Source of the DNA: Coniocarpon cinnabarinum
Lineage: Eukaryota
Reading direction: 5' to 3'
Length of the DNA stretch: 64,000 bases
Assembly: GCA_051942205.1 (NCBI GenBank)
Contig: JAVECO010000041.1
Coordinates: forward strand, 1-64,000
Of the stretch, positions 1-11,881 are shown piece by piece. Position numbers and translations under genes: made by a program. How positions within the stretch are numbered: position 1 is the stretch's first letter; every line of letters starts with the position of its first letter. The notes under the pieces were generated by a model that saw only the letters and a program-made list of their open reading frames with translations, ran no database searches and was not told the DNA's origin.

Positions 1-326
1 CCCCCAGAACCATACGAAGCAAGTGGCCGGCCATTCGAGCGTCCCAATTCTGCACTCAGCCAGCACACTGCAGCAGCATCAGACTTCGAGGATGCGCCAA
101 TTAATTCTACCGAGTCGTTCATACCCTTAGAGATGACATCCAAGAAGAAGTCAAATCATTACGAGACGAAGAAACGCCAGCGATCGGTATCCTCAGAGAT
201 TGATTCTGCTACCCTTGAACGACTGCAGAAGCGACCTCCGAAAATTGCTGCCGCCTACAAGTAAGTTCTACGTCAATGCTGCAGATGTCTTCACACAACT
301 GACAAGGTTTCAGGCGTCGATGGTGA
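1..326 (+). CDS. 3' end of an unknown protein gene (partial); exons <1-260 and 314-326, ends ...RLQKRPPKIAAAYKRRW*
   Basis: Frame 1 is open from base 1 to 260. GTAAGT donor at 261, ACTGAC branch, TTTCAG acceptor at 313. Splicing gives K-R-R-W-stop. Confidence 0.7.
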
Positions 327-2089
327 GCATGTGGTGTTCGCCTGCAAGCCGACAACACTTCGATTCATCCATGATGGATGGTGATTCACCATTTAACGGT
401 CACATTTCACATTACTTTCATTTATCGTTCATGGTACTGAGGTGTTTCCAGGGCCCTTAAAGCTCGCATCGTAAGACAGCGGCGTAATCAGTCTAGCACG
501 ATGGTAAGGTTGCCAGCTGGACGAAGCATGAAGGATGATTGAGTCTCTTTCTTTCTGTCACACTCTGGTCTAATCCGACGAGTTCAATCGCGATAAAACG
601 GTGGCAGCATGTGACGCAAATCAGCCTCAGCAACAAAGAGTTCAGAAGAAGCGGTGACTCCATCGTTCTTGATTCTAGTGTTTGCTGCGTGTTCTCTGAC
701 CCACTTTGCCAACGCCGTCGTCGAAAACGACAGATAAGTGAGAGTAGCTCCGATTGTTGCGCCAGTGAGCCCCTGCCCGCAGCTTCCTAACACTGTCGAC
801 GTGGTAAGGCTTTGGCGCTAAGTGCATACCTTTTCATCTTGTTTGAAAAAAATGTGCTGCCATCGTTTGTAGTAAGATGTTGCGAAGATCAAGATCACGT
901 GATCAATGGGTGCGAAGCACCTGCATAGGCAGGCTTCGGGATAGCGTTGCCAACTCGCCATCGCTTTCATGGTCCCCAAATCATATCCTTTAACGGCAAA
1001 CCAGCTAACCACACAAGCATACACCGTCTTGGAGATGGATTGCAATTATGGACGTCGACCTGTACGTGGCACCGTGGCTAGGGAAGGTGCGCCACGTTGG
1101 CTCAAGGTGTGCCCACGGGTCGCGCCGAAGCACGATTAGCTGATATACAACACCACATGCTTGCAACAAAGTGCTGGACTCTTTGTCCATCGTAGATGTG
1201 CTGCAGTCATGAAGCCGTGCACGACGATCATCAGCTCGACCTCTGTAGCCCCTGCCGGCCGTTGAATTTGGCCCTGTCAAGCGATGTTCTAAGATAACAA
1301 CAGCGATAATGGTTGTCGAATTGCATGTCCGGGCTTACCTGAGCGAGGTTGCTTTTGATCCCACGAGGGCGCACGTGGCACCTTTATGGGTCTTCAAGTC
1401 GAGTCAGCACTCTTCCAGGCGGGCCTGAGTCGGGCAGGGTTGATGTGTAGAATCAATCACGACTTGAAGATCCGTCTGCAGACACTCAATAACATCATAG
1501 ATCAGCCTACAATGTCGATTCATATTGTCAGATATCAACATGCGCATTTCTAACTCCTCCTTTAGTGTAGTGCCCTACTATTCGCGTTCCCGAAAGCGTG
1601 CTTCATGTGAAGCTGGCTCTCACTTGCAAGTTTCCGCGACAGTCTTACCTGAAAGTCCTTGAAGATACCAAACAACCTCAAGAGTAACGTGAATTTTATT
1701 ATGTTGATTGCCAAGTTTCGCTATGATTCGCCATGCTCTGCTTCGCTATGGCGTTTTGTGTTATTTATATATAATCTGATAATGCTTGTGGCGATGAGCC
1801 TGTACACTCTGTGTGCTCGCATCCAATGACATATACGTCGTCCGCTCATTGAAATCTGAGCAGAGTATCAAACCTTTAAACGCTTGCTGATACGTCAGAA
1901 ACTCTCCAACGAAATTAGATCCATATTCGACAAGTCGACCCTTTTCATCACCGTAAACACATTGACCGATGTCTTCCACCTTTTGTGTCAATGTGTTTTG
2001 TCCCATATTCAAACCGTTCAACATCATGTCTTCGAGAGGGTGCAAGTCATGTCTCATCTTTCATCATTCACGGCACATCAGCATCAAGA

Positions 2090-4738
2090 TCATTGGCTTG
2101 GCCCAGCCACAGGCGCGCCCTTTGTGTACTGATCGATACCAACCTTCAACCTCGTCTGTCGACCTCCACTTGGCTTTGGCCCACCCTCAGCGATCCTCTT
2201 CCGGATCCAGCCCCAGCTCGAACTTCCGTCTTTCTCCTTGAAGTCCTTGACGTGTCGATACTCGCTGTAGCCGTAGTCGTAGAGGATTTCTTCTCCAGCC
2301 TTGATCTCCGTCTTTGCGCAGATGCCAACATGTACGGTACCGTTGATGGTTCGATAAGTACTGTAGGAATTCTGGAACTGAGGAGATGAGGCGTTGTTGG
2401 CAAGGCGGAGCATGTTACCAAAGTGGCCACCGTCGACCTCTTGGTCCTTGTGGAGGCCGAAGAGGTAGTTCTTTGTGGCGTGGTAGGTCTCACCGCGTCG
2501 GTTGGTCTCGTCGACGCAAAGGATCTCGCCAACGTACTCCATGATGAGCTCATCAGGATGAATGTCTTCGCCAGCGTAAAGGCCGTAGCCATTGGGGACA
2601 ATGAGTGAGGATCCAGCACAGGTGCGCTTTGGACGGTTCAGTTGCAACTGCGCGTTGAAGCATCTGTCAGTCGTGATGTCTAGATCGTCGACATTCATAG
2701 GATCGAGGATCTCGCGGACCCCACATCGACCGCACAAGTCGGGATCACATTCCCGGTTGAACCTGCGACAGATGCACTTGTCCTGACGGGAACAAACTTT
2801 GGCAGCCGCTTTGCAGGCGCAACCTGGGAAGCGTCGGTTGCAGGATGGAGAGCACATGCAGTATTTTTCGCAATGGACACCGTTTTGCCAACAGGTGCAG
2901 CGAGCTTCGTCACAGGGGCCGTCGTGCTTGCAAGGATAGAAAACACCTCGCTTGGTGGGGTTTCCAGAGACCTCTACCGTCTTCGGATCGAGCTTGCGAG
3001 GTTTGAGTTCGGCCTTGTTGCTGGTGGTGTCAGCAGGCTTGCGAGATTGCGGCTCGGCTATCTTGCGACGCTTGGCAGGCGGCTCATCAGAGAGGATTGA
3101 AGATGCTTCAGCTCCATCGGCAGCTGCCCCTGCAGACTTGTTGGAAGACGTCTCCGCTGTCCTGCGACGCTTGGCAGGAGATTGATCAGAGCGAGTGGAA
3201 GATGCTTCAGCTGCATCGGCAGTTGACCCTGCAGATTTGCTGGAAGATGCCTCGACATGGTTCGAGGGTGCATCGGCAAGGCTGGAAGCGATTTGGACGG
3301 ACTTGTGGAAAACTTGAGCGCATGTCTTGTCCTTGAAGACATTTTGTAGTACACAAGGGCCACGCTTGTCGCTTGCGAATGAGGGCAAGTAAGTTGACAG
3401 GAGATTGATCTCTTCCTGTGTCCAGTCATCTGCGTTGCTTGTTTGACGTTCGCTGATCTTCCAGAAGCAACTTTCGGAGCACAATCTCTCATCTGGCATT
3501 GCACTTGACATGTCACTCAAGTTGTGAGTGACCTCGATCGAACCGTCGTCCTGCTGACCGTTGCTGCCATTGATGAGTTCCATGAAAGTGCTTGTGCTGA
3601 CCTTGCGCTTCCGTGAGACCGTTGTTGCATCCTCCAGAATTCGAGTGCGATGGTTGCATTCCCTGTCCCAGGGTTCCTGGCTTCCGTATTCTGAAGCTGC
3701 ACTTTTGGCGTCTGCGTCTGCGTCTGCGTCTGCATCTGCATCTGCATCTGCATCGTCGCTGAGTTGTTGATGTTCGCCGTGCTGGGTACAGTTATGCAAA
3801 AGGCAGATCGCACACTGAAAGTCCTGATGAACTTTGAATGCCGATCTGGTCAATGTCGCGTCTTCCACTGCATCCCCATGTGCATGAGCCTCCTCAAAGA
3901 CCAACTCCTCGATTGCTGGCCACACTCGAATCTTGCAGACATCTTTGATGACTTTACAACAAAGACCAGCTGACGCCAGTTGTCGAAGGCTTGGTTGATC
4001 GTCGCTCGAAGATGCAAAATCCATTTGTCCCGGGGTGCTCTTCTTTGAGCAGTAACTGGCACGGTCACTGAAAATCTTCTTCAATGTGTGAGGCATTCCC
4101 TCTTTGAATTCCACATCTTTGTCCAAAATGAATTGAAGAACGATTTGCCAGTTGACATCCATCTCGGTCAGGAATCTCTCAAAGTAAGGCTTCAATTGCC
4201 TCAACTTAGTGACCCCTGCAACGTGCTTGGCACGGGTCGCCGGATTCCGTTCGTCGAAATGTTTTCGCAAGTCTCGCTCCAACAGCTGCCTGGCATCCTC
4301 ATCTGCCAGGTCCGGGTAGAAGCGAATCTCAGTCTCATTCCGTCCAAGGATAGAAGAGTTCGACGCCGTGTAATGCGTGAACTCAGGGACTCGAGCCGCG
4401 CTAGCTTCAAAAGGGGTCACAGTAATTCCCCTGTTGATGGCGGTTGTGCCCGATGAAGGTTGTATGATGCACTCGAACTCGGTGTTGGAGGGAGATTTGT
4501 CTGTCGATAGACTCGCGAATGGATCCTGCCCTGCATGAGGGTCAGGCCGCTTCTGCTGGTTGATGCGTTCTTTCGTAGCTCGCAAAGTCTTCGCCACGAC
4601 CCAAGCGTGATCCTTGTAACCTTCTTCGAGGAAGCTACGAAGCTTGCCGGCTGCGATCTGTTGCGTAGGAAACCCTTTCATTTGCTGACGGACAGCAGCC
4701 TTGCTAAGCTGCTGTCCCGAATGTGACGACTGGGACAT
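2090..4738 (-). CDS. kmt6: Histone H3K27 methyltransferase, E(z)/EZH2/KMT6 (SET-7) type; may have extra upstream exons (intron 4769-4832, exon 4833-4877)
   Basis: 882-aa ORF with a C-x2-C-x2-H-x-C-x2-HG motif, a SANT-like segment (WTQEE..L), a CXC domain (PCKHDGPC...CEKYCMC...RECDPDLC) and a C-terminal SET domain (GYGLYAGE, EYVGE, GEEILYDYG). Confidence 0.93.
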   Translation of the reverse strand: MSQSSHSGQQLSKAAVRQQMKGFPTQQIAAGKLRSFLEEGYKDHAWVVAKTLRATKERINQQKRPDPHAGQDPFASLSTDKSPSNTEFECIIQPSSGTTAINRGITVTPFEASAARVPEFTHYTASNSSILGRNETEIRFYPDLADEDARQLLERDLRKHFDERNPATRAKHVAGVTKLRQLKPYFERFLTEMDVNWQIVLQFILDKDVEFKEGMPHTLKKIFSDRASYCSKKSTPGQMDFASSSDDQPSLRQLASAGLCCKVIKDVCKIRVWPAIEELVFEEAHAHGDAVEDATLTRSAFKVHQDFQCAICLLHNCTQHGEHQQLSDDADADADADADADADAKSAASEYGSQEPWDRECNHRTRILEDATTVSRKRKVSTSTFMELINGSNGQQDDGSIEVTHNLSDMSSAMPDERLCSESCFWKISERQTSNADDWTQEEINLLSTYLPSFASDKRGPCVLQNVFKDKTCAQVFHKSVQIASSLADAPSNHVEASSSKSAGSTADAAEASSTRSDQSPAKRRRTAETSSNKSAGAAADGAEASSILSDEPPAKRRKIAEPQSRKPADTTSNKAELKPRKLDPKTVEVSGNPTKRGVFYPCKHDGPCDEARCTCWQNGVHCEKYCMCSPSCNRRFPGCACKAAAKVCSRQDKCICRRFNRECDPDLCGRCGVREILDPMNVDDLDITTDRCFNAQLQLNRPKRTCAGSSLIVPNGYGLYAGEDIHPDELIMEYVGEILCVDETNRRGETYHATKNYLFGLHKDQEVDGGHFGNMLRLANNASSPQFQNSYSTYRTINGTVHVGICAKTEIKAGEEILYDYGYSEYRHVKDFKEKDGSSSWGWIRKRIAEGGPKPSGGRQTRLKVGIDQYTKGAPVAGPSQ
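3050..3250 (-). repeat. 99-bp (33-aa) tandem duplication inside kmt6; each copy carries a PAKRR basic motif
   Basis: gcgacgcttggcagg occurs at about 3065 and 3164; protein SAGSTADAAEASS..SD..PAKRRR / SAGAAADGAEASS..SD..PAKRRK. Confidence 0.9.
3709..3755 (-). repeat. Hexanucleotide microsatellite (TCTGCR)n encoding an Asp-Ala repeat in kmt6
   Basis: tctgcg/tctgca units; protein DDADADADADADADADA. Confidence 0.9.
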
Positions 4739-5789
4739 CGTTGATGGTTTCCTGCGAGAGAATCTGACCTAAGACCTCGATATTTGTCAGTCATGGCCGA
4801 AAACCTCACAGTGGGTTACATTCACCACTTACCTTCCGATACCTTCGAGAGGTTTGTTTGCGAGAGACTGAGTACGTCTATGCACGATGATTAGCGTTGG
4901 CAGTCTTAATGTCAAAAGACGAGTCTGCACTTGGAGGTAAGGGGAGATGGCCTGTGTGAGAGAGAGAAAAAGAAGGAGAGAAGTGGAAACGGTGTTGCTT
5001 AAGTAGAAAATCTTGATGCCTCACGCTGCCTCCGGAGTAAACGAAATTCTTTTTCATGTGCTCTCTCAAATGACGTAGCAGCCTTCTTCATGCGTGAGGA
5101 AGTGGTCAATGCAGATACGAAAGATTACAAAGGTGAAGGTGAAAGGTGGATCTCCACCTAACGAACCAATACAATTGAAGCAAAGTGCCAAGAGTGTTTT
5201 CCGTTGGCAAACATCGACGAAGCTAAACACCGGTATGGTCAGTTTGATACAGTGAAGCTTTGTACGTCAATCTTAGCAGGCAGAAAAGAAGGGAAATCCA
5301 GCCGTATGAGTCTGCCTCAATGAAATTTGCATTAGCGTACCTGCCTTGTACCTGTGAGACTCTCGTCGTCATCGTCGCTTGAGTCTCGCTGTCGGAAAGA
5401 CCAGCGCCCAATGAGACGACCTCCACGTCCTCTTCCCCGTGAGCGACTGCATCGTGGGCGCCCCCTTACCATGCGACCTGCTTGTGTCTTCGAACAACAA
5501 CATTGAGTAGAAAAAGCAAGAGCAACTCTGATACATCTGTAGTGTCTACATAGTATGTGCACGAGACATTAAGCAATCTTGGTCCTCCAATGAATTGAGT
5601 TACTGCGTTTTGATACGGTCTCGAGACGCTGCCTCATTATCGTGAAGTTGCTGGAGTCGATATGTCTCGGCCGATAGATTATATATCTCCGAAGCACAGC
5701 AGAGGTAGTTTTACGCGATCAAGAATTTGGGTACATAGAATAACATTCGAAGATCTATCTGAACACCATCGTCTAGTACTGCCGCGGAT

Positions 5790-7952
5790 ATGGCGCGTAT
5801 TAAAAAGAAAGGTGTCACTGGTCAAGCAAAGAACTACATCACAAGGTATTACGGTCTTGTCGCAGGATCAACTTCACTTTGCTAATGCTCCACAAAGGAC
5901 CCAAGCAGGTATTTGTTGACTGGTGCTTGCGTTGCAGCGAGCGCTTGACTGACGGCAATTTAAGTTCGCAAGTTGCAAATCTCGCTCCCAGACTTCCGAC
6001 GATTATGCATCTTCAAGGGTATCTATCCCCGTCAGCCACGAAACCGCCAGAAGGCCGCCAAAAACTCTACACCCAGCACCACGTTCTACTATGCAAAAGA
6101 CATACAATACCTCCTCCACGAGCCTCTGCTCAACAAGTTCCGTGAGCACAACGCGCTCGCGAAAAAGATCGCGAAAGCTTTAGGAAAAGGTCAGGACAAA
6201 GATGCTGCGCGTCTGGAGAAGACGCATGCGCCGCGCATGACATTGGACCATATCGTGAAAGAACGATACCCTACATTTCAGGACGCGCTCAAAGATCTGG
6301 ATGATGCGCTCTCCATGTTGTTTTTATTCGCCAACCTGCCTTCACACATGAACGTCCCTCCGAAGACCATACGACTTTGCAAGCGTCTGTGCCATGAGTT
6401 TCAACATTACCTAATCATTAGCCACTCCCTTCGCAAATCATTCCTCTCGATTAAAGGCATATATTACCAGGCGTCAATACAAGGTCAGGACATACTGTGG
6501 CTTGTGCCATACAATTTCGTGCAGCGAGTGACAGGCGATATTGATTTCCGGATCATGGCCACCTTCGTTGAGTTCTATACGACACTACTAGGCTTCGTGA
6601 ACTTCCGTCTGTACACTACTGCGGGTCTAGTGTATCCACCCAAGTTCAATGCCAGCAGCGATGAGCAGGGTGCCGCGTTGACAGCGTTTACACTACAAGC
6701 ACGGCAGATCAACGGGGACACCGATAGCTCTCGCCTAAAAAAAGATAACAAGCGAGTGGACAAACGAGCAAACAAGCGTGCGCAGTCGATCGCAGACTCA
6801 GTCCTTAACAAATACACCATTGCCTCTGAAGTTGACGACAATGCCAATGCAAGTGAAGCACCTTCTGATGACGAAGAAATTCAAGGAGACGGCGAACAAG
6901 GCAAATCGAAAGATACAGTCTTCACGCAGCAAGCGCCTGTCGATGATGAAAATAACGCAATCGAACTCCCACATCTGAGCTCCTCCGAGCAATCCCAGAA
7001 AGCTGGCTCCTTATTCAAACCTTTCGTCTTTTACCTATCACGTGAGACGCCACGGCAACCTCTTGAGTTCCTTCTCAAAGCGTTCGGCTGCGCTCGCATC
7101 GGCTGGGATGCCACGCTCGGCGCCGGTGCCTTCACGCACGATGAAAGCGATGAGCGCATCACTCATCAAGTCGTTGACCGCCCGCCTCAGCCCGTTTCAG
7201 ATAGCGCAGAGACACAACCAGGCGCTATGAGAGGGAGAATACCTGGACGCACGTATGTTCAGCCGCAGTGGGTGTGGGATTGTGTCAATGTGTGCGATTT
7301 ACTAGGCACCGAGCAGTACGTGCCCGGCGCGACCTTGCCTCCACATCTAAGTCCATTTGTGAAGCCGAGGCCTGGCGAGTACGATCCGCGGAAGCCGCTT
7401 GACGGTGATGTACACAATGGTATGGACGAGGTGCAAGCTGAAGAAGGAGAAGATGAGTTGGATGAGGCGGATGGTGCCTTTGATGGATTGAGCGTGGACG
7501 AGGACCAGGAAGACGAGGACAAGGACAAAGATGTAGTGGAGGGCGTGGAGAGCGTCAAAGATCTCGCGGACTTGAACAGCCCTGCAGGTGCCGGCCGTGA
7601 CAAAGATGCTGAGATTGTTGACGTTGCAGACGCCGACTCAGATCTAGGGTCAGACTTCGGCGGGTTTTCCGAGTCAGACGACGACTATGCGCGCGAGCTG
7701 CAAGCTGAGACATCAGGCGCATCTACCAGTAAACCGCAGTTGAAATCACAATCACGACAACAGCAAGGAGAGAAGCAAACGACGAAGCCGAAGCAAGCAG
7801 AAGAGGAGTGGAAGAAGGACAGACAAAAGATGATGATGTCGCGAAAACAACGCGAACTATACAAGCGGATGGAATATGGGAATCGGCAGCGCGAGGAGGC
7901 AGACGAGAAGCTGAGGGTGAAGCGGCGGAAACTTGAGAAGAAACGGGCGTAG
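5790..7952 (+). CDS. nop7: Pescadillo homolog (PeBoW complex, 60S biogenesis); exons 5790-5845, 5898-5908, 5965-7952
   Basis: Spliced N-terminus [45 protein letters not shown], BRCT region (FYLSRETPR...YVQPQWVWDCVN...LPPHLSPF), acidic then basic tail. Confidence 0.97.
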
Positions 7953-8467
7953 TGTGTACCGTGCTCCATACCAGAGGACATGATCGAACGTCCCGCATGC
8001 TTGATGGCGATAAGTTGTCCGATACTTCCACGGCCTTCGGCAGCTTCCGGGATGGCTTCACATCTCTTCGTGTTTTGTGCCACTGAGCATCAATCTGTCT
8101 GGAGTCTTCCGCAACACCCGGGCCCCAAGCAAAGGCTAGACAAAAAGAGACAGCGGTGAAGAGCAAGACGGATCATATTTGGAGACGGTCACGTTTTGCA
8201 GACCAGAATGGCCCTTATTCACTTTACCAAGGCATCGAAAATTTAACGTTAGAGTCATCATGACCGAGAGCAAATGGGTTTTTGCTGAATCGAGAGAACG
8301 AGGAATCGGGACTTGTTTGTTCGCTCCCAGGAAATGGGTGACTGAACCTGATATTCATGCTCTCCTACGTATGTGAGTACTTGCCATGTACCAAGCAACT
8401 GCATGCTGCCCCTTCTAATTCCCACTCGGTGCATGGAGCTGTCGCCAATCCGTCAGCCATCATAATC

Positions 8468-9156
8468 CTAACAATCGTGCCGAGTTTCATGACCTACCGT
8501 GCCTAGGCTATTCGGTAGACCCCAAGAGATACGCATCTTTTTGGTTTTACTCTCATATTGTACCCCGAAGCCTTTTCCCTCAAGTCGGAGATGGTCTTTG
8601 TTCTCCCTCTCGTACAAGTCTACGTAGAAGTCCATCGTTTTCCAGGTCTTGGTCTTGTATTCTTGGCCTTTGTTGTATTCCTCACTTTTATTGGGATTTG
8701 GCGTGTGTGACTTATTTTTGAACAATCTCAATGGCGTCAGCTCTTTGTTCTTGACGGTGAGGTGTTGGGATGACAAACCCTGTCACAGTACTGGCGGCAT
8801 TGAAAGCGGTGTTCTTTTCAGCCTTCCTTTGTGACTCGTCAGTATAAGAGCAGGGATCAAAGACAAGAGTCCTGCTTCATTGTTGAGGGAGTGCTGTATC
8901 AAGAGGGGTTAATCGAGGATGTCGATGAAGCTTACTGTATGCGCATTTCACCAGGCCCTGGTGGTCGCATCGGGTCGTTTGGAGTCTGCGAAGGGGAGGT
9001 CTTCCAAAATTCAACATTGTTTTCAAGTGCCTCGCAGATGAGGTTGAAGTGCGATTCTTTGAGGAGAGTGACATCAGACACTACCTTGGTCTTGCCATCA
9101 TTTATGTGCTTCTCGTGGACCATGACGAAAACGGGTAGACTTCTTTGATGGACCAA
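8468..9156 (-). CDS. Possible small multi-exon orphan gene or relic; structure unresolved
   Basis: ATG ORF 8932-9156 ends at a GTAAGC donor, followed by branch/acceptor-like signals and protein-like ORF 8468-8776. No family recognised and no clean splice model obtained. Confidence 0.3.
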
Positions 9157-11881
9157 AAGGCTAGGATGTGTTCGAGCAAGAGATCGAGTGACCGCGGAGA
9201 AATAACTCTACAACACGTTCTGGATGATACAACTGTCTGTTGACGACTTTGACTGAAAGGTTTTCTTTTGCCAGAGTCTTTATAATCAATTGCGCAGGAC
9301 TCACAGCCGGCAGTTTCGTCATGTTGATGAAGCTAATAGGTGGCTTTGTGTTGAAGCGAGCAACGTGTCGTGAGTTGTTTGCTCGCAGTGATCATGCCGA
9401 AGATATGCAAACTGTCATGAAGCTTACAACGCACATGGACAACTCCGTTGCCCGTTTCCCAAGGGCAAGCAACGTGTCGCAACCCCAAGGACTAGGTTGC
9501 ATGTCTTCGTTAGCCCATGTTAGATGCAGACCCTTTGGCGTGCAACCTGTCATGTACGTTTTCATAACCTGTGACGGACGCGATTGACCTGGCCCGAACT
9601 CATTTTGTGCAAATACGGATTCGGGATGCTAGTAGCGGCAAATCGACCATCGTGAAACTTCAAGTCCTGCGTAGACGCTTTCATCATCTATTATTGAGTC
9701 AGTCAACCTCTCGTGAGCCTATTGAGTTGCGTATGCGATTTTGTGCCGCATGTTTTGGAGTCAGGCAACTTGGCGTATGCCTTGCGTGTGCCTTGCCTTT
9801 CGTGTGTACGTGACTTATCTAGTTTATTGGTAGCAGGTAACTAGCTGTGCGCCTTGTGAACACTTTCTTTACTCGTGTTGTGTACGAGCAACGCGCTATG
9901 AACCCCAAGACCGTGCGTGTACAATCTCATTACCTGCTTAGCGCAAGCACCAGGCAAACCCTGATGAGCTTCGCAGTGGAGGTTTGATTTGACATTTGTT
10001 CAAAACATATCGCGACTCAGCCACCATATAAAGTGGAAACCCAGCAATATTCAGCACAAAAAGAGAGGTCACGTTGCTCCGGTGAACGACACGGGCTGAG
10101 ACGTGACGAAATAGATTTTCAGTACTATCTCTTGCGTTCGGGCTTCGCTTTGAGAAAGTTTTGTGGGCCGTGCGGATGGAATCCAAATTCTGTTGCGAAT
10201 GCGAGCGCTGCAAGCAGCCAGTGCCCAACACTTGGGGCTAAAAGGGTTCGCCGCTCATGGACTGTTGCCTATTCGTTTGAACCAAGTACGGGTAAACGCC
10301 AGGCGCTCATTGGCTCAGCTTCTGAAAGATGTGTCTTGGCCTTTGAACTGTCGTACATGCAGACTTGTCCGAATGTTTTTGGATTTCAAAGCATGTGTAG
10401 TAGCAGTAGCCCCATGCATACATCTGGGGCCATCCTCGGCGTTATCAAGTTATTGCTCATGCACTCACTAGCTAGGCTGACACGTCAACAATTCGACTAT
10501 CGTGTCTTCGGCTGTTGTGGTTGGATCTTCATGCAAGCCTTCCAACATCATAGCACTCTGATATTTTTTGCAGCGCTCTAAGAGAGGAAGCGCCACACAT
10601 CTACAAAGGCATTCAGACCACGTCAACGCGTTGTTCGGATATGCGTCATCACGTGATATTGTGCCAAGATCATATGTCTTGGCCTCCCTCTCGACAGTCA
10701 GCGCATTGAAATTTCCCAAAAGTTTAGAATGTCTCTCCTCGACTAACGATAGCTCTGCATCTGCATGCGCTTGGTATCGCTCTCTCTCTCTCTTTTCGTC
10801 GCTATCCTTTCCCGTCGGACATGGTCAACTCCACCTGGCATATTTGTTTGTCATTCTGAAGCCACGCGCCGGAAACCAGCTGCGCAAGCTCGTGGACGTT
10901 CATCCGAATTTTCAATGCTCGCAATGAATAAAGTCAACGTTGCAAGCCAGTCGTATCAGCGGCAATAGAGCAAGAAATTACATGCTTCATGAGTTCGGAA
11001 AACGTGCGGCTGAGCAGCCTAAAGACCGCGCAAGAGTGAGGAAGCTCTTTTTCCTCAGACACAATGAAGACCTGCCTCCCACGATGAAGCTTTCGTGAAG
11101 TTGCACACAGGCAAAGAAGGAAGCAAAACGATTTGTTGAGCATCTACACGCTTGGCAAGACCTTGCCTTCAATTTGCATGGACATGAGCATGTGACTTCT
11201 GGTCCGAGGCATGTTGCTGAAGTCAAGAGACGTTTTCATTTGAGCCTCCCGCGTCTGTCGATATCAAACGTGTTCCGCTAGTGCAACTCTATGTTGCAGA
11301 CCGGTCTTCGCTCTATTTACAGGCTCGTTCTCGAAATCCTCGTTTGAATTTTAGCTTGTTGCGAATGTGTGTGGAATTTTTATGATTTACCACCATCGCC
11401 AGCCACCCTCCAGCTCGTGCTTGCTACCACTTCCTTTCGCACCCTGTTTCGTCTCCTGAAACGCACCAAATTTTGGTCAGGATCCAGAACTCAATGTAGG
11501 GCAGAAAATTTCGCAACCTCACGACGACCAAATTTACAAGTAGACAGGCCAGAGCCATTCCATATAATAATAACTTTAGATTGCCGTTGTGCCGACTGCT
11601 GTCGTCTCAAGCCTGCCCTGTCATCGTAGTGCGACTATATCCTCCTATGCACCGTTCGGTCTTGGATATGTTTGCAGGCGCAAAATGCAATCTGAAGGTT
11701 GACAGTGGGAGTTTATCCAATTCACCGCTTTTTCGCTGTCCACCTCCCGCCTCTTGTTGGAAGTCCGTGCTTTTCTGCCTCTCTCTTCCATTTTCCACCG
11801 CTTTCTGCTCCCTCCTCTTTCCCTCCCTCTTCCTCTCTCCGTCGTCCAGGTATCCCTTGAGCATATCTCTTCGTCGCAAGC

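Noticed and set aside
400..1700. Minus-strand donor-like sites (GTAAGA, GTAAGC, GTATGC) with short ORFs
   Set aside because: I could not build a stop-free spliced ORF and recognised no motif; a non-coding or degraded transcript is not excluded.
1761..2057. 98-aa minus-strand ORF just downstream of kmt6
   Set aside because: Begins about 30 bp after the kmt6 stop and ends in an AT-rich polyadenylation-like tract; best explained as 3' UTR.
10568..11282. Frame interrupted only by TGA codons, suggesting readthrough or selenocysteine
   Set aside because: No ATG start, no recognisable protein, no TGA-CTA context or SECIS-like element; confirmed genes in the window use TGA as a normal stop.
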